Shown here: positions 27,001-40,225 of the stretch, piece by piece
Numbering within the stretch: the first letter of the stretch is position 1
Layout: every line of letters begins with the position of its first letter
Assembly (NCBI RefSeq): GCF_009834535.1
Contig: NC_045696.1
Span: 32,986,001 to 33,050,000 of the forward strand
Reading direction: 5' to 3'
Length of the DNA: 64,000 nucleotides
Source of the DNA: Camelus ferus
Lineage: Eukaryota
Notes under the pieces: generated by a model
The model's database searches: none
Seen by the model: the letters and a program-made list of their open reading frames with translations, nothing else
Told to the model about the DNA's origin: nothing
Translations under genes and position numbers: made by a program

Positions 27001-30000
27001 AAGTGATTGTCCTCCATCCAAAAAAGTGTAAACAGCATTCTTTTTTTTCTTATTTCCATTTTTGAGTGTCCTAGATAGAACAATTATCAAAATTGAGAAG
27101 AAAAAGGAAAGTTTGTGAGTGCAAGAGCAAAGATAGCATGAGCAAAGTATCGATGTGTGTGTGTGTGTCCATGTGCCTGCGTGCACGCATGTGTGTGTGA
27201 GAGAGAGGGAAAGTGAGAGAGTTCATCTTGCTTTCTTTTACCAGAGAATCCAAGCAGCAGTTTAAGGAACCTGACATTGGAATTTAATCTAGAAACTGGA
27301 TGATCTCATATTGATTCAAGATGCTTAATCTTGCATTGAAATCCCACAATTAAAATAACAGATAGAGAAAGAAAACTAACTTTCCTAAATATGGCAAAGA
27401 AGCTAACACCTCCTTTATTTTTATTTCTTTGTAAAAATATAAATATCTCAATTAGAAGGACAGGCTCACTTGTAATTACGTACTCATGATTGTAACAGCA
27501 TTGCGATTCCACATAGGCACGTGTACAGCAGCTGTTTGATGGTGATGGTTCTTCCATGTAACATAGCAGTTATCGTGTAATTTAGTGCCACTTATTGCAA
27601 AGTGTTACCAAGGGGAACATTTGAAATACCTTTTCTTTTTCTTTGGCCATAAGGATAATTCAATGAATGATAAATATGAAATTTCATATTCCATTTTTTA
27701 ATCATAGAGAAAGTGCAAAACCTCATATCTTACTGCAACTTCCCCGTCCTATTGCTAACTACTTACAGCCCTCTAAAACTGCCCACCAGAATCCCCCTTT
27801 GCAAATGTAATCTGTGATGAATATACCATACAAAACAAAAAACCAAAAAACAGCTGGCAACCACAGCTGAAAGAAATGAAACACCTAAGAAGAATTACCG
27901 AGTAATGCTTTTAATTAAGTGGCACAAAGTACACACTAAAAACTATGCAAAATATAGGTAACTACAGTGTACGTACATGTAAGTATCTTGTACTTGCTGT
28001 GTATGGATGTTGGAAACCCATGTAATTATAATATGCATTTTGAATATTGGGAAAGAGGAAATCTTAGTGTAGATAATAGAATTTGTTTTGAAATATACAC
28101 TGGCAATACGGAAATACACTCAGTGCAATATCTGCAACTCTATTGCTGAATACTTAATGCAAAGGGATTTTAAAAAATTCTTCAAGATCTAAGAGGTTGC
28201 TAATCTTCGCCTCCCTCATATGAAAGCATTAATTAAAAATACAACTGACATAACAACACATTAAGTTTTTCTTACTTAATCATTAACATGACACAATAAA
28301 ATTAGTACACCTAGTTTTTAGCTGGAGAGAAAGAAATAACCTGAGTTTTAAACTTTGATTCAACCTAGTTGAATTTGGATATGTTATGTTGAATATGGTA
28401 TGTTTTAATGGATAGTGGTACTTTTATTACAAGTACAAATTTATTCAAAGAACATAGGTTACCTTTAATAGTTAGAGCCACTATATCTTAATGGGACCTT
28501 TTAATATATTTTCTTTTTCTATTCTTTCTTCCCTTTCTCTCTCTGTTTCATCCCAAACATGCCCTTTGCACCTATACCCTTCCAAAGGCAATGGATTGAA
28601 AGTAGCAAGATTTGAAAAGAGAGCTAAAGGGGACAACATGTAAAAATGGGTTCTAAACTCATCAGCATTTTTATGTATTGAGATTATTAATATTGAATGC
28701 AATAGTTATTGGATATAGCTGGTAAGTTCTCTGCCATGCATACTTACAATAATTCTTCTACCTCTCACTTTTAACATGGGCTATGATACTTCAATATAAA
28801 TAGAAGAAATAACTATTTACAAGATATCCCAGGAAGCACTCTTTTGGGACTATCATAACAGTCCGCTCCCCACCCCCTGGGAGATCTCAAAAGCCAACTT
28901 TACTTTTAGTGTATTCGATGGTGTATGGATCTACATTTGTTTTTCCTTTTCTATCAGTAATTTTTCCTATAAGCAAAAATACAATAACTTTCTAAGGATA
29001 GTTCTTCTCATGCCTATTTACTATTTCAATGTGATATAATTGTGTTGATTTTAAAACAGTACTTTAAATGGCAACACTTTGCAATCCAAGCTGACATTTC
29101 ATTTACTACTTGAAATGAAATAATTTCTTATAAATTAATACTGTGCTTTTAAGTAAAAATCATATATGTGATTTATTTTCCCAAGAAGTGTTATCTATGT
29201 AAGACCAATATTTAAGTATTTAAAATTGCCTCCTTAACAAATAATCCCTGAATAGTGACTGCAAAGTATTGCCACAAATGCCCACTTTATTTTGTCTGCA
29301 TAGACATATGAATTCTTCAAAGGCTGTAATTTAATTCTTCTGAAAGGAAATGACACTTTGAAAAGAGATTTTTTTCCTTTAGAGAGAAAGGACATAAAAA
29401 TTATCTCAAATTATGATGCTGAATCTATAAAATATGCTTAAAGTTAAAGTAAGGTATTTCTGTTATGTGGTTATGTTACAAATGATATTTGGTGTAATCT
29501 TTAACATCTTTTCTATATATATATATGTGCACATACATATATATATATATTACAATAAATGTATAGTTATTTTGGAGAGAGTGGGCCCAAATGTGAAAAA
29601 AGATGTAAAGAAAAAAAAATATTTTCCCCTATGAAATATAATGTATATTTCAAAAGAAGAAACTTAAAAGATATCTGAAGATTGCAGGGGCAAAAGAAAA
29701 ACCTACCAGGGCTCAGCACTTAAGCACTTTTCCCACATCCAGGGTCAGAACAGCAGTGATTCCTACATGGACTTTTAAGTGCGGAATGAAACGCCACATT
29801 TCACTTAGACACCGTACTGTCAAACCTCAAGTGTTTTCTTTCTTCAGATGCTTTTCCTTGTACATGATACTAGTAATACTTTTCTCTTTATATTTGCTGA
29901 TAGTGAAAGTTATATGCAATAAAATATTTGATGGTTGAAAGCAGTGGTCACCCGTTGGTTAAAAAAAAAAAAAACTGAAATGTAAACTGAATTGTTATCT

Positions 30001-30845
30001 CTATCGTTTTTGCTTTTTCTCTGTGTTTCTAATGTATTGAATGAGTCTCATAAATAGAAAGAAAAGTAATTTAGAAAATTTTCAAAACTAGTACTCTTTC
30101 TCCTTCTAAATGTATAAAATTCATCTCTTTACAAATTGATTTAACTGTACCTGCTGTACTTATTGTAGATTCAATGACGCAGTTAAGTAGTAACCCAAGG
30201 ATTTATGAGTTTGGGATTACTGACCTATTTTCTTCATATTCACTTCACATCAATATTTGCAAATTGGTTGTTTAGCTTTTCATTCAACCAAAAAATATTC
30301 CCTCAAGAAAGCTCCATTTTTATCATAAATATTTCAACATAACCAACATCGGAACAAGTCTGCCATGTTAAAAAGAATTTAAAGACTTATCTCAGAAAAT
30401 GGTACCCAGAAATGCAGGTGTTCCCAGTAATGTAGCTTCAAAAAGGAAATGTCCTATTTATATGACATGAAATTCATAACTTTTGGAAGGGTATATTTAT
30501 GACAGCATAAAAATAAACTCTGTGCTGTAAAGAAGATGCACCGAAATCAAGCATATTGCACAGAAGATAAGGAAACACAACTACTGAATCTACTGTTACC
30601 ATTAACATTTTCAAAAACCAAAATGCATATTGTAATATTAGGTACATGACACTTGCATGTTGATATGCCTATATACTTACAAAGTATTCAATGTGTACTT
30701 AGTGGCGCTTAAAATATGTCATGTACAACTCTTATAAACATTCTTACAGGGTTCCCATTTGCACTTCATCTTTCAGTAAAGTCTTGTCAGAAAAAAACTG
30801 TCTGATACATATGGAAACAAATAAAATTTGAGTTTTAGTTATGTT
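24052..30845 (+). other. CADM2: CADM2 long 3'UTR (end inferred)
   Basis: About 6.8 kb AU-rich stretch with no interspersed repeat I could recognise, ending at AATAAA 30820-30825 followed by GT/T-rich sequence; CADM2 is known to have a multi-kb 3'UTR. Confidence 0.7.
30820..30825 (+). terminator. Probable distal polyadenylation signal of CADM2
   Basis: AATAAA with upstream TGTA elements (about 30693, 30722) and downstream ttatgttgg/ttgtttatt/gttgttt. Confidence 0.6.
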
Positions 30846-32018
30846 GGACATTATTGAATTGTTTATTCATTTAGTTGTTTAGGCTTGAAAACAGACATTG
30901 AAAGGTGGAAAATTTTTTTTCCATTGACAGATTATGAAAGATGTTACAAAACATACTATTTTATGCCAAGCACATCATTTTGCATATCTTTTTCAATTTC
31001 ATACATTGTCCATTCATTTTAGATTTTCTCAGTGATGCCCATTTTCTTTGTAAATTTCTTAATGGAAGTTTTAAAAACTAAGCAGTAGTAAAATAAATGT
31101 TATTTTATTTGTACAACATTTAATCGTTACTCCTTGGAATATACGAACCTTGTAATATGCTAAGGGTTAAAAAAAATGTTGCTGACTTAAGGAAATTTGC
31201 TTGAAATTGCCAAAATTCCAAAAATCTGTAAAGGTAATTTTACAAACACTTATGTGTGCTTACTAATACTGACTAGGAACAGAAGCAAAAATACCTAAAA
31301 CTTTTTTTTTTTTTAATTTTCACACTCTAACCAGTATTATATATCTCAACTACCTAAGATAATGCAATTAATAATATATCCATTCTAGGCTTATGCCAAT
31401 AAGAATTTGAGATAAGCTTTTAAATTTATGGAGGATTTTCTTTGTGTCTTTGGAAGTTCACTTACCATAAGGTATTTTATAGTCTACTTTAAATAACAGA
31501 TTTTGTTATACAGGGTAAGCCAAAGGCTGTACAAGAATTAGTGTCATTGGGTCTGATATTTGTGTTAGACCATGAAATATTCCATTAAAATTTATCTGTA
31601 AATACAAGGCAAGATTTTGTATCTGGTTTATTTTATGAAATAATGTTTTGTTTACTTTCATTCATTTTTTCCTAGCAAAAGAAGCCCTGTGATACAAGTT
31701 AGCAAATTTGATCCTATGTGGAAGATCCAATTCAACACTGAAAGACATTTGAAGTAATACATTCATAGACACGATTCTTTATTTCTTTTACAGTTACCCA
31801 AAGTGCCCACTCTTACTCGAGCTCTTCCATCAGATACGTACATGACATCCTTGTTTCCTAGATAAATCAGTTCCATCTTTTCATAATGGCAATTGTTGTT
31901 TCTGTCAAAGCATTATTTGGCATTCTTTTAAAATCAAGGAAGCATACTGAAAATGCTACTTAACAGAATCCACTAAAATATAAAATCTAAGTGTTTTTAA
32001 TTAATAATTGCATAGGAG

Positions 32019-32183
32019 GAGGGGAGGATATAGCTCAAGTGGCAGAGTGCATGATAAGCATGCACAAGGTCTTGGGTTCAGTCCCCAGTATCTCCATTAA
32101 AAAAAAACAACAACTAATAATAAGTAAATAAATAGACCTGATGACCTCCCCCCAAAAATAAAATAATAAATAAATAAATTTTA
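32019..32183 (+). mobile_element. tRNA-derived camelid SINE (vic-1 type)
   Basis: ggggaggatatagctcaagtggcagagtgcatgataagcatgcacaaggtcttgggttcagtccccag with A/B boxes and A-rich tail; TSD aataattgcataggag (32003-32018) / aaaaattgcagaggag (32184-32199). Confidence 0.9.
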
Positions 32184-33903
32184 AAAAATTGCAGAGGAGT
32201 TTTAGTCTATGAGAAGGATTTTCACTATGTGACAATCCTGGGATAATGCTAAAAATAATTGTACACTCCTTTAAAACAAGAACTTTCAGGAAATAGTCTT
32301 AAATGGTTTTCAAACCATACTTTGGTTTGGGAAATTTAAAGATAATTTTTTCCTAATGTTTTGAAACCTGGCAAATTAAAAAAATGTATAGAAAGAAAAT
32401 TAAAGGGGGAAGAAGCAATTTCCCGGTTGCATTTTAAATGCTACTTGGTGCTACTCTACATTGCATGTGATTTAATCAAAACAGAACTAGTGAATACTTA
32501 CTATATATTAAATCCCTTACCTCATGAACTCCCCCAAGAACCTGACTATAGCATCTTATGCCTAGCCCTTCAAAAACCTCTTGATTATTAAATTATCCTT
32601 CTAAGTACTGACCATTTTCTGTATTTTTGGCATTACTGTGTTGGAGAAAGAAGTGGGAAATTCTAATTTTTTTTAAAGTATAATTATGAAAAAAGTCTCA
32701 TGCTTAAACAAACAGAAAAACAAATAGCCTATCTTTCAACCATTGTTCATAGTCTCAAATTCAATGGTTATTTCTATGAAGATTTTCTATTTTGATTTTT
32801 TTTAAATAGGGCTGATTAATAAGTTAATAGTTCATTATGCTAGAAAATTTAGGAAATCAACTTACCTTCTGAAGAGTGGCTATAACAATGCTCAGAATGA
32901 GAACATCGTTAGATGTTCTAAAAACAGGTGTCCTGCACATACTATCAAAACTTTACTTTTTGTCTTTACTAAACTGAATCCTACACAGGGTGCATAGAAT
33001 ATGAGCACATGGCAAATTTAAAGACTACATTTTCACGTCTGTTGGAGTTGGTATACAATAATAATGCTGTGTAGGACTTTTACACTAATAAAATATTTCT
33101 GGAAAGCAACGTAATACTTCCGGAATGTGCTAATCATTCATTCACTCTAAGATACGAAAACATATTTAACTAGTAAAATTGGTGTATCAGAATTATATGT
33201 CTTTTTTACTCCCAAATTAAGAGAATATCAGAAGATGAGTTTTTTTCCAACGTGTTGGGAGAAAAAAATAAATAGAGGGGAATTGGAAAAATCTTCAAAG
33301 TAAGGTTTGTCTGGCAGTTTTACCAAATGGGAACATCTTAATACCCATTTTCCAGAAATCAGAGAAGCTTTATGAAATGGGATCAAAAAGGGTTTATGAT
33401 TTCACAAACTCCTCAGCTCCACTGCAGGGGGATTTGGGGATTAAGTACTCCTACTTTACCTACATAATCTACCAATGGCATGTTCATTTATTTCAAAAAG
33501 TACCTATTTAAAATTAATTTGTTTCCATGAAAATGTAAACCTATCAACTTTGTGCCTCTTGCCCTAAATTATTCATTCCTGTGCTTCAGGCTACTTCCTG
33601 CTCTTAAGCACCAAATAACACATGTATTGTCTCAGGTGACACTGAAGTCCTTACTATTTTCTGAGGTAGCATGGAAGGCCTTAGCATATGCAATCATATT
33701 TTGCTTACAGATTTTCCTGCTAATCTGATGGAGTCATGTAAAGTTGGGCACACACAGTATTTTGGTTAGAAATCAGAGCACATTTTAAGTCTAACCATGA
33801 ACTACAGGCTAAGATTCTCTGCTATAATCTTACACCAAGTGTCATGTCCCCAGGGGGGAAAATGCTCCTCATTCATGTCTGCCCTTCGTACGCAGCCACT
33901 ACC

Positions 33904-34823
33904 TGTGATCTTGGTAGTAAGGCATTGGGGTTCCATCCCCCCGACATAATAAGAAATACATAATTTTTGTTCCCCTACCAGCACCATCACCCCCAATCCC
34001 TGCACACACCTGTGTCTGGCAAAACAAACAAACAAACAAACAACAACCTTGGACTCTCCAGAAGTGATGTGTCTTTTTCTGTGCTGGGAGAAATGACTGG
34101 TAGTGGAGGGCTCCCAGGTAGCCTCAGCATGGAAGCTGGTTGCCAGGGGAACCAACCAGGTGATTAGAGCATTGGAACTTTTAGCCCCAACCCCCTGACC
34201 TCCAGGGAAGGGGAACCTCCTGGAGGTTGAGTCAATTACCAATGGCCAGTTATCCAATCTATTATACCTATGTAATGAAGCCTGCATAAAGAATCCCTAA
34301 TCTATGAAGCTGGGAGAGTTTTCCCGTCGATGAACACGTGGAGGTGCTGGGAGGGTGGAGCGCTTGGAGAGGGCTAGCAAATTCTGCGCCCCTTTCCCCA
34401 TACCTTGCCCTGTGCATCTCTTCTACCTGGTTGCTCCTGAGGTATATCCTTTTGTAATAAACTGGTAATCTGGTAAATAAACTTTTTCTGAGTTCTGCGA
34501 GCCATTCTAGTGCATGATCAAAATTGAGAGGCTTGTGGATACCCATGATTTATAGCCAAGTCACTCAGAAGTTGCAGGTAACCTGGGGGCTCACTGCTTG
34601 CAATTGGTATCTGAAGTCATGGCACTCTTGTGAGACTGAGCTTTTAACCTGTGGGTCTTGCTTTAACTCCAGACAGTTAGTGTTAGAATTGAGTTCAATT
34701 GTAGGACTTACAGCTGGTGTCAGAGAATTGGTTGGTGTGGGAATCCCTGCCCCGCCTCCCCTTCCACCACAGATTTGGACTACAGAAATATTCAGTGAGA
34801 GTAGAGAGTTGCTTTTCCCTTCA
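33904..34823 (+). mobile_element. MER21-like ERVL solo LTR
   Basis: ataataagaaataca start; gctggttgccaggggaaccaaccaggtgattagag..ttggaacttt; tatcctttgtaataaactggtaa-like poly(A) region; ggtgtcagagaattg. Confidence 0.8.
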
Positions 34824-35777
34824 CCCACCATGTGAGTCTCTAAATCTAAATACTTTCTGCCTCCCCAGAGACATAGAAGAAATATCATTTTCCCACCAAA
34901 GATAATTTTGAAAAAAAAAATCCCAAGCAAGTATCACATTTTATAAAAGAGGAAACTCAGGTATAAGAAGTCACATACATGCCTATTTAGTGGAAGAGCA
35001 TGTTTAGAGCATAAAGCTAACTACAGAATGCCATTGCCTCTCTGTTATGCAGTTTTTTTGCCCCTGGGAACATAGGTTCTCCTTTCCCTGACATTCCCTG
35101 ACATTGTTTGTAGAACATTATTAGCTGTGTTCATCTGTCAGAGGCATCATCTACATTGCAGGAATCTTGGAGTCACTGCTGGTAAACTCCTAAGATTCTG
35201 AGCTTCTTTTTGTGTCCTCACAAATGAATGATTGAAATACAGTGTGATGTAAATTGTGTTTAATGAGGTTGCTGACGGGGAAGTAGGACCCAAAGCGGAG
35301 TTACGTTGTTTTATTTTTGTTGTTGTTTGTTTGTTTTTTTTTAATGGCTGTGTGTAAAGGAGAAAGGAACAGTTTGGGAACGTGACAATCATGGAGGTAA
35401 GAAATGAATAACTTTCTACTAGAGGAGGCTTTGGTCACGCCAGGGGAGCATACAGGTGTTGGGAAGTGCCTGGTGAAGAGGAGTATATCTTCCCAATTTA
35501 TTGTACTAATTAGCTTGGTGCTCTGGAGGCAAAGTTACTGAAATACCGCTGGAAATGATCATATCATAGGCAATCAAAGCCCAACATTACAAGCAAACCA
35601 AAGCAACAGACTCCATTTATTGAAAAAATTAGTCACGTTGTGTCAAATATACAAATGGGAATCTGTTTAAATCCAGATTTAGGTAGTTAGGGGTCTGCTT
35701 ACATTTATAATCTCAGGCAATACTAGTTCTTATGTAGCATGACTTGTTCCTTGAAGCTATAATCCAAAACTTACCAT

Positions 35778-36330
35778 CAGGGTTGGTTTCATGGGTGGGT
35801 GACCAGTGGAGAGGATGTCCGTGCTTGAGGTTTAATATCCTGCAGTGGCCATCTTGAAGTTCTTCATAATTTTATCTTAGAATTTGTGTTTGGTAAGTGA
35901 AGTCCAATAAGGGGTGAGGGTGGGGTAAGGGAGCATGTGCTGGGGCCCAGGAGCTTCCGCTCCTGTTAAGATTCTGCCTCTTGCCACCTTTTTGCCCAAC
36001 AGGGCCATTTCTCAGCTGCCCTTCCCAGACTCATACCCAGTGACCACTGCAGCCCATGCCAGGTGGGGGCTTAGGCACAGGCATGGGGACATTTGGGTCA
36101 GGATGTCCTTGCCCCAAGTGTGGAGTTGCAGGGCTGGCCAATGACTGTGGGGATCTGCACTCATCTGGGAATATCCCTGTGCCCAAGGGATGACAACATT
36201 AAATAGCAGATAAAGACCAGTATTACAGGTTAAAAGAGGGACAGTACAAGAAAGAAAAAGCTTTTCCCCCCAATTTTTGAACAATGTATGTCACATTTTC
36301 ATTTTGCAGAGAGCTCTGCAAAATGCTTAC
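35778..36330 (+). mobile_element. MER45-like hAT-Tip100 DNA transposon
   Basis: cagggttggtttcatggg start; ggtttaat...gccatcttgaagttcttcataattt; end tttttgaacaa...cacattttcattttgca...ctgcaaaat. Confidence 0.75.
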
Positions 36331-37179
36331 CATTTTGATAGTATAGAATGATAAATCATTTTCAAAATTATGTTTAGAATGACCCTCGACTATTTTCAGA
36401 TGCCTTGATTATGGGTATGTGGTAGGATATGGAATTATGATTTTGTCTATTTTTTGGTTAAACATGCTATAAATCTTTCCACGTCTATATTTCAGGAGAG
36501 ACACACCGTTTGTGTTACTGGTTCAAAATTGTAAGGCAGAAGTTACATAGGAAATTAATGTTTTCACTTTTTTTCTTTCTACATTCTTAACTACTGTGTG
36601 GCCGATAAAAGTACAAAAATGAAAGATAGCATATTCTCTTGAAAATAAATAATCCAAACCACACAGATAAAATATATGGCCCTGTGCTATTTATGTAACT
36701 CAGGGAAAGGGCTTGGCTAATCATCTCAGGTTATTTTCTGAGACATCATCTTAATGTAGCATTGGAAGTGGCAAAAAAAAAAAAAAAAAAAAAAGCCAAC
36801 AAGATAGTGTAACTTGAATAATAGGTTAAAGAACAAATAGAGAATAACAGTAAAAAGCAATTTACATTCCCTTATAATTAAAGTTAAGAACCAGGTGGAA
36901 CTTTGACTCCAAATTACGAGAAGGTTGAAGAGGTGAATTCAGAAAAGTAAGCAAGAAACAGATCATGGATTCTTGCAAGTCCCATTAAGGAGTATGTGGG
37001 GGTGGGCTGCCCGGGGGTCTGGGAGTGTCGCCCTGAGGGTGGAGCATGTCAGGTCTCATTTGGGGGTCCAGAGCAAAGCGAGGGGCCAGATGCAGATCTG
37101 GATGTTCTCAGGTGTGAAGGGTTATACGGAGGCTGGGAGAGGTCAGGGCAGGCCGACTCGAGCAGAGGAGCTCACAGGA

Positions 37180-37470
37180 CCGTATTTTAGGGAGGGGTTG
37201 GCCCAGGAAGCCGGGCCCGCGCACCACCCACCCGCACACCGACTTCCGCTCCCGCCCCCGCTGCGGCCAGACGGCGCCGCCCGGCGGGGCTTAGGTGGTC
37301 TCGCCAGGGGCTGTGCGCTGGCCGCTCCACGCGCGCCGGGGAGAGCCGGTCACCCTGCGCCTTCCTGGGGCGCGGGCGTCCCTCCCCGCGGATCCCTGAA
37401 GCGCCAGCCTCCCGGCCCGCGCCTGTGCTCTGCACATTCGTTGACTGAGAGTAGTTTGTCGACCGGTGAG
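37180..37470. promoter_or_regulatory. CpG-island-like GC-rich patch, candidate promoter
   Basis: Abrupt GC/CpG-dense segment in AT-rich DNA; ETS motif acttccg (37242-37248), GC box cccgcccc (37251-37258), consensus donor ccg|gtgagt at 37466. Confidence 0.6.
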
Positions 37471-37479
37471 TACGATGAA

Positions 37480-38205
37480 ACCTGAAAGATGCTAGGGCTT
37501 GGCGAGATCCAAGCTTGAGTGTAACGGGGACTATGGTCTCTACATTGGGCAAAGAAGAAAGGGAATACACGAGAGAGGGAGACATTAAAAAGTGGTCATA
37601 TCAGTGGGTTATCTTTGCTGGGTTAGGAAATTGAGCGAATGGGAGAGAAAGTTGGCTTTTGAAATTCAGAGTGAGGGAAGCCTGCAGCTGTTGGTAATGA
37701 TAACGTCTCCAGTAGGATTCTGAGAGCAGGTGCCTTAGTTAAGGTGGAAGGTAATATCACTAAAGAGGGGGTGCAGGAAATGCTGGGCCAGAATCGTATG
37801 TGTAAATATTGAAAACACCTGGGATTGACACAACTGTTGTCATGAACTGTGGTCAATTAGGAGCAAGAACTGCAGAAAGATTGTTTAGAGGGTTAGCATA
37901 TATGAGGAGGCAGCAGAGGTGCTGTAATCTGATGAAACAAAATACAAAATAGGATCGGGGAGACGATGGGAGACAGCTTGAAGCAGCAGTGAAAAGACGG
38001 GCGTTGTGCCGACTCTACCTCCAAGGCCAATCCTAATGAAGGCTGGGAGGGCGAGCCGCCAACAGTTGGGCGTGGTCATTCGGAGGCTGAACGACTAGGG
38101 TTCTTTGAATTTTTGCGGAGCCCGACAGAAACTGGATAAAAACAAAAGTACATTGATTGCGCCGGATTCAGTGTAAAAATTGATGGTTAAGAGGTAGGGA
38201 GATTT
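37480..38205 (-). mobile_element. Probable decayed L2 fragments
   Basis: Purine-rich + strand text resembling antisense L2 (ggagagaaagtt, tcactaaagagggg, gagggcgagccgcc); similar text at about 36990-37170. Confidence 0.4.
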
Positions 38206-38324
38206 CTAGAAGAGTGCGAAGTTCTGGAGTTCTATCCACTTCTGCTTCTCAAAGTGGGGAGAACAGAGAAGGGTGTTTATACGCCAAACACCTGGACCCA
38301 CTCTGGGCCCATGCCAACGGGGTA

Positions 38325-38600
38325 TATTGTATATATTTTTAATTTTCTTCATATTATGATATTTTGATATCTTAGAAAACCTTTCTGGTTGAGGAGAGAC
38401 TGCTCCTCTCCCTGCTAGCCAGTTCTCAAGTGCTAGCAAAGGGTTCTCTGAGGAGCGAGTCTGTGATATGCAGACTATTCCAGGGCTGTACCCACTCTGG
38501 CCCACGCACCCCGGGAGGTGATAAGCCTTTACCCTCGACATCCTGGGGACGGGGACCATGCAATTAGAGACCACACATCGCCCAGAACTAGAAACCAAAT
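38325..38600 (+). mobile_element. ERVL LTR fragment (MER54/MER73/MER74-like)
   Basis: ttttgatatctt...gagagactgctcctctccctgctagccagttctc...tagcaaa...gatatgcagact. Confidence 0.6.
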
Positions 38601-38629
38601 AGCTGCTGTGTTTTTTCGGTGTATAGACT

Positions 38630-40225
38630 TAGATGGACATTTGGTGTATAAATATTATGTTGTCATCATTTGTAGTCGTCAGTGTTTTAAAGAGCTCTTC
38701 TTCTTTTATAATGCTTTTTGGCCTGAGATCTACCTGTATGATATAAGGATTTAAACCTCTGCTGCTTAGTGCCTTTATTTGCCAGATAAATCTTTGTCTA
38801 TCCCTTTATTTTAGTCTCTTTCATTCGTTGTGTTTTAAGTGTCTCTTTTAAGTACAGCATAGAGTTAAGTTTTGCCTAAAGGTTATCAGAAAGTATTTCT
38901 TTCAATAGGTGAGTTAAACCCAATTACCTTTATTACTGTGACTAATATGTTTGACTTGAACTCTGTCATACTTAATTTTTAATGTATTTTGGTGTTAGGA
39001 AAATATTTGCTTTACATAGTGCTCCTATATTGAGTTCATAAATATTTACACATTTTATATCCTCTTGTTGGATTGACCCCTTTATCATTATATAATGACC
39101 ATCTTTGTCTCTTACTACAGTCTTTGTCCAAGAGTCTATTTTGTCTAACATAAGTATAGCTACCCCAGCTGTTTTTTGGTGTCCATTTATATGGAATATA
39201 TATATTTTTCCATTTCTTCACTTTCAGTCTGTGTGTGTCCTTACTTCTGAAGCGAATCTCCTGTAGGCAGCATATAGATGGGTCTTTTTAAAAAAAATCC
39301 ATTTAGCCACTTTATGTCTTTTCATTGGAGAAATAGTATATTTGCATTTAAAGTAATTATTCATAGGTATGTAGTCATTGTCATTTTGTTGTTTTCTAAG
39401 TCTCCCTTGTAGTTCTTTTGTTTCTTCTCTTTACTCCCTTCCTTTTTGATCTGATGATTTTCTGTCATGGCATTCTTAGAATCCTTTCTCTTTATTTTTT
39501 GTGTATATGCCATAGGTTTTTTTTCTTTGTGATCACCATGAGGTTTACATAAAACAGCTTGTATTTATTTATAACAGGCTATTCTATGTTTGAACACAAC
39601 TTATGTTTGAACACATTCTATAGGTCTACATTTTTACTCCCCTCCTGTAATTTTGTAATTTTATATTTTTGATGATACAATTTACATATTTTCATTTTAC
39701 ATATCCATTAAAATTATCGTATAGTTATTTTTAGTACTTTTGCCTTTTAACCTTCATTCTTTATTACTAAGTAACCTACCACCTTTACATCATATTATTC
39801 TGAATTTAATATATACTTACCTTTTCCAGTGAGATTTATACTTTTTATGTTTTCTTTTTACTAATTAGTGCTCTTTTGTTTCAGTTTGAAAAATTCCCTT
39901 TAACATTTCTTGTAAGGCTGGTCTAGTGGTGATAAACTCCTTTAGGTTTTGCTTCTGTGGAAAACTCTCCTTCAATTCTGAATGACATCTTTGCTGGGTA
40001 GAGTAATCTTGGCTGGCAGGGTTTTTTTTTTCTTTTTCTATCAGCACTTTGAATATGTTGTTCCACTCCCTTCTGACCTGCAAAATTTCTGCTGAAAATT
40101 CTGCTAATTGACTTATGGAGGTCCCCTTGTACATAGTACATAGTAAGTTATTTTCCTCTTGCTGCTTTTAAGATTCTCACTTTATTCTTAACTTTTGACA
40201 CTCTAATTATAATGTGTCTTGGTAT
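38630..40225 (-). mobile_element. L1 fragment(s): ORF1 C-terminus, spacer and start of ORF2 endonuclease
   Basis: Minus ORFs 39865-40141 give L1 ORF1p motifs (SAEILQVRREWNNIFKVL, CQPRLLYPAKMSF, LKEFITTRPALQEMLKG), frameshifted. Confidence 0.9.

Noticed and set aside
29513..29550. Near-palindromic (TA)n-tgtgcaca-(TA)n
   Set aside because: Self-complementarity is inherent to AT microsatellites.
32021..32096. tRNA-like sequence
   Set aside because: It has an A-rich tail, TSDs and a degenerate structure, so it is a SINE head rather than a tRNA gene. The same applies at 43668.
33802..34930. Cluster of ORFs of 62-161 aa
   Set aside because: They lie mostly within a MER21-like LTR and show no gag/pol/env or other recognisable motif.
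36973..37585. 170-aa and 132-aa ORFs over the GC-rich patch
   Set aside because: Low-complexity G/P/R/A-rich translations expected from stop-codon scarcity in GC-rich DNA; no recognisable protein.
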